Shown piece after piece: positions 59,484-64,000 of a stretch of 64,000 nt of DNA; the stretch's first letter is position 1; the number at the start of each line of letters is the position of its first letter. The notes beneath the pieces are model-generated. The model was not told the DNA's origin. It saw nothing but the letters and a program-made list of their open reading frames with translations, and searched no databases. The position numbers and the translations under genes were made by a program. Origin of the DNA: an uncultured Prevotellaceae bacterium (GTDB lineage Bacteria > Bacteroidota > Bacteroidia > Bacteroidales > Muribaculaceae); assembly GCA_947165675.1 (NCBI GenBank), contig CAMVBJ010000002.1, forward strand, positions 45,570 to 109,569, read 5' to 3'.

Positions 59484-59589
59484 GGCACCAAGTGCCACAA
59501 GGCAGGTTGCAGCTTCAGCGCCCCCCTCGCCCTCAGCGTCAGTGTGTGCAGCGCAATAGGTGCAGCCCATCATCCTCAGAGTTATAGTG

Positions 59590-59617
59590 TGCAGCGGCTT
59601 TGTCGCTGCATTTTTTT
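59590..59617 (+). terminator. Intrinsic terminator ending the peptidoglycan recycling operon
   Basis: TGCAGCG / CGCTGCA stem followed by T7. Confidence 0.8.
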
Positions 59618-59661
59618 CTCCAATAATCAAGGTAAATCTTGTGTACATGGTGAAAAAAACT

Positions 59662-59669
59662 TACCTTTG
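59662..59669 (+). promoter_or_regulatory. -7 promoter (TACCTTTG) of the polysaccharide locus
   Basis: TAnnTTTG about 190 bp upstream of the wzx start. Confidence 0.6.
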
Positions 59670-59856
59670 CCATTTGTAGTGGCGCTGAAACCCCATTGCG
59701 GTCCCTCGCCACCACAACAAATAAACAGGTAACCCGCTGACAATGACTACTGCGATAGTGTCCCCAGCCTTACCCCCTCCGGTCCACTAGGCTCCCCCGC
59801 CCGGTGACCCCTGGTGAATGCTTGAACGAGCACTATTATCCATCAATTATATTGTC

Positions 59857-61389
59857 ATGGAAGGTGACGTAACTAGTAACAACCTGCGCATCGCCAAAAA
59901 CACAATCATTCTTTACATTAGAATGATTGTGTTGATGATTGTGAACTTATATTTAAGCCGTGTCATGCTTATGGTGTTGGGCGTGAGCGATTTTGGTATT
60001 TATAATGCTGTGGGTGGACTTGTTGCAATGTTTTCAGTGTTGTCAACTTCTTTGGCAAATGCGGTCAGTCGATTTCTGACATTTGAGTTGGGGAAAGGTG
60101 ATGTAGAAAAGTTGAAGAGAGTATTTGCAACTTCTGTAAATGTTCAGTTATTACTGGCAATTTTTGTTTCTGTTATTGCATTAATTGTAGGTGGATGGTT
60201 TTTGAATGTCAAAATGAACATTCCTGAAGGAAGAATGGGGGCAGCAAACTGTGTTCTTGTATGCAGTATATTGACATTTGCAATTAACATATTAAGCGTG
60301 CCATATAATGCTTCGATTATCTCTCATGAGAGAATGACTGCTTTTGCTTATATTAGTATTATTGAAGCAGCTCTCAAGTTGGTTGTTATATACGTTATTA
60401 CTCGAGTGCCTTATGATTCATTAATAGCTTACTCTGTTCTGCTCTTGGTCGTAGCGTTATTGATCCGTGTCAGTTATGGTGTGTATTGTAAACACAATTT
60501 TGACGAATGTACATATTCTTTTAGCATGGATCGATCTTTGCTTAAAGAAATGACAAGTTTTGCGGGTTGGAATTTCATGGGAAATGCTGCATGGATGTTC
60601 AATACCCAAGGTGTTAACATGTTATTGAATCTTTTCTTTGGTGTAACGCTTAATGCTGCTCGAGGTGTGGCTGCTCAAGTAGAAGTTGCTATGATGCAGT
60701 TTGTAAATAGCTTTATGCAAGCGCTTAATCCGCAAATCACAAAGTTATATGCCATAGGAGACCTGAAGAATATGCATCAACTGGTATGCCGAGGTGCGCG
60801 TTTCTCTTTTTTTATAGTTATACTGTTTGCTATTCCTATATGTTTAGAAACAGAACGGGTTCTATCAATTTGGCTTAATGTTGTACCCGAATATGCTGTG
60901 ATTTTTGTACGGTTGACGTTTCTTTCGATATTGAGCACGGTGCTCGGTAATACATTAGTAACTGCCCAGCTGGCAACAGGTGATATCAAGAGGTATCAAA
61001 TCATCATTACTTTGTGGGGACTATGGGTTTTCCCACTGACTTGGTTTGCATTCAAAATGGGTGGTTCGGCTGTATGGGCATACATCATATATTTGTTGAT
61101 ATATTTTGTGATGGTTTTCATTAGAATATATCTTGTAAAGGATTTGATAAAAATGTCATGGAAAATGTATGTCAATGATGTTGTGATACGATGCATTGGT
61201 GTAAGCGTTATTGCAGGAATTCTTCCTGCGTTAACTTTTTTTGCGCTCTCGAATAGTATAGTCAGATTTGTTCTGGTTTTTGTTATTAGCATTTGCTCAA
61301 GTATACCGATTTTTTATTTTCTTGGAATGAGCAATAATGAAAGAACTGCCGTAAAACAATTTGTGATGAACAAATTCAGACATGATTAA
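59857..61389 (+). CDS. wzx: Wzx/MATE-type polysaccharide flippase
   Basis: RIAKNTIILYIRM, LGVSDFGIYNAVGG, PQITKLYA; about 14 TM helices; AT-rich. Start placed at MEGDVT. Confidence 0.88.
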   Translation: MEGDVTSNNLRIAKNTIILYIRMIVLMIVNLYLSRVMLMVLGVSDFGIYNAVGGLVAMFSVLSTSLANAVSRFLTFELGKGDVEKLKRVFATSVNVQLLLAIFVSVIALIVGGWFLNVKMNIPEGRMGAANCVLVCSILTFAINILSVPYNASIISHERMTAFAYISIIEAALKLVVIYVITRVPYDSLIAYSVLLLVVALLIRVSYGVYCKHNFDECTYSFSMDRSLLKEMTSFAGWNFMGNAAWMFNTQGVNMLLNLFFGVTLNAARGVAAQVEVAMMQFVNSFMQALNPQITKLYAIGDLKNMHQLVCRGARFSFFIVILFAIPICLETERVLSIWLNVVPEYAVIFVRLTFLSILSTVLGNTLVTAQLATGDIKRYQIIITLWGLWVFPLTWFAFKMGGSAVWAYIIYLLIYFVMVFIRIYLVKDLIKMSWKMYVNDVVIRCIGVSVIAGILPALTFFALSNSIVRFVLVFVISICSSIPIFYFLGMSNNERTAVKQFVMNKFRHD

Positions 61390-61503
61390 AAAATCTCAAC
61401 TATACTATAATTGATAGCTTGAAAAGCTTGAAAGTGAATAAGTTATAGGCCAAGCGATGAACACCTACTAATAATATAGTTTAACCAAGTTGAACCACGT
61501 TTG

Positions 61504-63264
61504 ATGGAAAAGAAATATTATACAGCAGAGCGTAATGTCCAAATTGTAATAGCTTTGCTTAAAGCAAATGGCATCAAGAGAGTCATTGCTTCCCCAGGAA
61601 CGACAAACATGACGTTTGTGGGAAGCATTCAGAACGACCCATTCTTTGAAATATTCTCGTCAGTCGATGAACGCTCGGCTGCATATCTTGCTTGTGGCAT
61701 GGCGGCAGAGACCGGCGAGCCTGTGGTATTAAGTTGCACTGGGGCAACAGCATCCCGCAATTATATGTCAGGGTTGACTGAAGCGTATTATCGTAAACTT
61801 CCGGTACTTGCCATCACATCACATCGAGGTGACCAACAAATCGGTCATCTGATTGATCAGCAGATAGACCGTCGACAGCGACCAGCTGATATTGTTATGG
61901 AAAGCGTTGTTGTACCAATGGTAAAAGATGCTACTGATGCTAAGTATTGCACAATTGAGGCCAATAAAGCTATCCTCGCGTTGAAACTGAATGGTGGAGG
62001 ACCAGCTCATATTAACTTGTTCACCTCATATAATAGTGATTTTAGTGTGCAGACATTGCCCACTGTTACAGCTATTAAGAGGCATACTGCTTATGAGGAG
62101 CTTCCTGAAATGCCCAGTGATAAACGTGTGGCAATATTCATTGGAGCGCATAAGAATTTCTCTCCGCAAGAGACAGAGGTAATTGACAATTTCTGTTTTG
62201 CACACAATGCTGCTGTATTCTGCGACCACACGAGTAATTTTTACGGAAAAAGCGCTGCGCACATGCAGATTGTTTTTGGTCAGGTGAATTATTCATCACC
62301 TCTCAAATTTGTTGATTTGCTTATTCACATAGGAGAAGTGACAGGTGATGTTTATCGCATGACACCTCAACAGGTTTGGCGTGTGAGCGAGGATGGCGCA
62401 TTGAGAGATATGTTTGGTTGCCTGACGGATGTGTTTATGATGCCTGAACAATATTTCTTTAAGCATTATACGCCACACAATTATCTGCCAATAAGAGATT
62501 ATCTTGATGACTGTCAAAATGAATATAATGAGTTCATCTCAAATATACCAGAACTTCCTTTTGGTAACATCTGGATGGCACAACAGGTGCATGATCGGTT
62601 GCCAATTGCGAGTGAGCTGCATATGGGCATATACAACAGTTTGCGCTCTTGGAATTTCTTTTCACTACCTAAGGAGGTAAAGGCTCAGTGCAATGTGGGG
62701 GGATTTGGTATTGATGGAGGTATTTCTTCCATGATTGGAGCATCATTAGCAAATCCAAAGCGTTTAATATTTGGCGTTTTTGGAGACTTGGCTTTCTTTT
62801 ATGATATGAATGTACTGGGTAATCGACATGTTGGAAACAATGTTCGTCTTATGCTCATAAATAATGGTTGTGGTGCGGAGTTCCGTCTAAGTGTTCATCT
62901 TTGTGAGAGAAACTTTGGAGAGGAGGCCAATCCATTTATGGCAGCGGCAGGCCATTTTGGTAATAAATCCCCCCAGTTGGTCAAACACTATGCAGAAGAC
63001 TTAGGTTACGAGTATCTCACTGCCTCCAGTAAAGATGAATTCGAGCAAATGATGAATCGTTTTCTAACTCCTGAGATTACCGATCGTCCCATGCTTTTTG
63101 AAGTGTTTACAGACAAACAGAATGAGAGCAACGCCCTTGAAATGTTGCTCAATATGAAAAGTGATAGTGGTACGGTAATAAAGAAGAATCTTCGTAAAGT
63201 AGCAGGACAAGTGTTAGGAGGCAAAGGCGTTAAAGCGTTAAAAACGATCCTTAATAAACCATAA
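61504..63264 (+). CDS. MenD-like thiamine-diphosphate-dependent enzyme in a polysaccharide locus
   Basis: IASPGTTN, SSVDERSAAYLACG, LSCTGATA, GIDGGISS, GDLAFFYDMN...INNGCG (ThDP motif). Confidence 0.85.
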   Translation: MEKKYYTAERNVQIVIALLKANGIKRVIASPGTTNMTFVGSIQNDPFFEIFSSVDERSAAYLACGMAAETGEPVVLSCTGATASRNYMSGLTEAYYRKLPVLAITSHRGDQQIGHLIDQQIDRRQRPADIVMESVVVPMVKDATDAKYCTIEANKAILALKLNGGGPAHINLFTSYNSDFSVQTLPTVTAIKRHTAYEELPEMPSDKRVAIFIGAHKNFSPQETEVIDNFCFAHNAAVFCDHTSNFYGKSAAHMQIVFGQVNYSSPLKFVDLLIHIGEVTGDVYRMTPQQVWRVSEDGALRDMFGCLTDVFMMPEQYFFKHYTPHNYLPIRDYLDDCQNEYNEFISNIPELPFGNIWMAQQVHDRLPIASELHMGIYNSLRSWNFFSLPKEVKAQCNVGGFGIDGGISSMIGASLANPKRLIFGVFGDLAFFYDMNVLGNRHVGNNVRLMLINNGCGAEFRLSVHLCERNFGEEANPFMAAAGHFGNKSPQLVKHYAEDLGYEYLTASSKDEFEQMMNRFLTPEITDRPMLFEVFTDKQNESNALEMLLNMKSDSGTVIKKNLRKVAGQVLGGKGVKALKTILNKP

Positions 63265-63306
63265 TACATATTGATTGTCGAGAAGAGCTAAGGAATTAAT
63301 ATAACC

Positions 63307-64000
63307 ATGCAGATTGGAATCTTAACCCAACCATTGGCTAATAATTACGGAGGTATTTTACAGAATTGGGCGCTGCAACAGGCGCTCAAGCAGATGGGGC
63401 ATGCTCCGACTACAATTAATATACCATATCCACACATCGATGAAAAATGTGATTTGCCCAGGTTATGCTGGCGTTTTGTAAAACGTCTTAAAGGAGATAG
63501 GAGTATCATTTTCATTAACCCCGCAAGACAGCATAATTTTTTAAATACTCCATGCACAAACATGAGGGAATTTGTGCATGATAATATAAATGTTATACAC
63601 CTTCAGGATAAGGTGGATAGTACTTTTTGTGATAAGCATCCTGAGATAAAAGCATATATCGTGGGAAGTGATCAAGTGTGGCGGAAATCTTTTTCTCCGT
63701 TTCTGCCTAATTTTTTTCTTGATTTCACAGAGAATGTTGATGTCAAAAGAATTGCATACGGCGTTTCTTTTGGGCGAAAAGAAATGGATATCAATCAGGA
63801 TGAATCACGTTTTTACTCAGAATTAGCTTCGAGGTTTGATGCAATTTCAGTAAGAGAAGAAGATGGAAAAGAAATCTGCAAAAAACAATTAAGTTCAAAC
63901 GCATCATTGGTTATTGACCCAACTTTATTAATTGATCCAAGTGATTACTTTGATTTAATTGCAAAAGCAGAAAGCCAAGTCAAAAGCAGCAGATATGCTG
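63307..64000 (+). CDS. Polysaccharide pyruvyl transferase family protein, partial (runs off the window)
   Basis: Hand translation: MQIGILTQPLANNYGGILQNWALQ...IVGSDQVWR...IAYGVSFG...AISVREEDG...DPTLL. Confidence 0.88.
   Translation, partial: MQIGILTQPLANNYGGILQNWALQQALKQMGHAPTTINIPYPHIDEKCDLPRLCWRFVKRLKGDRSIIFINPARQHNFLNTPCTNMREFVHDNINVIHLQDKVDSTFCDKHPEIKAYIVGSDQVWRKSFSPFLPNFFLDFTENVDVKRIAYGVSFGRKEMDINQDESRFYSELASRFDAISVREEDGKEICKKQLSSNASLVIDPTLLIDPSDYFDLIAKAESQVKSSRYA

Noticed and set aside
58824-59648. 274-aa antisense ORF over the SGNH gene
   Set aside because: Shadow of a very C-rich coding strand; the + strand ORF has all SGNH blocks and a signal peptide.

Overview
A Bacteroidales chromosome segment (TAnnTTTG -7 promoters, T9SS C-terminal domain, dockerin-ended protein; probably Muribaculaceae- or Prevotellaceae-like). 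Left to right: (1) a partial His/Cys-rich small ORF and an ECF sigma/anti-sigma/Spy-like trio; (2) a TonB-dependent receptor followed by five related acidic-N-terminus lipoproteins, split by an AraC (premature stop) plus TolC/HlyD/ABC efflux module; (3) a 17-kb same-strand run in which the whole F1Fo ATP synthase operon (atpDCBEFHAG) sits inside a headless complex I operon, between nuoH and nuoI; (4) an orphan phage-type replication gene pair, a 242-bp MITE and an LRR-dockerin protein; (5) a duplicated beta-propeller/amidase cluster and an hsp20 with a sigma54-type promoter; (6) a peptidoglycan recycling/foraging operon (kinase, amidase-like protein, GT2, DUF4922, SpoIID, AmpG-like MFS, NamZ, HGSNAT-like, second kinase, MurQ, SGNH esterase), interrupted by a GxxExxY nuclease-like gene flanked by 29-bp inverted nonamer repeats; (7) the start of an AT-rich polysaccharide locus (wzx, MenD-like ThDP enzyme, pyruvyl transferase). 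No rRNA, tRNA, CRISPR array, integrase or transposase was seen. All family calls come from motif recognition by eye; no database searches were run.
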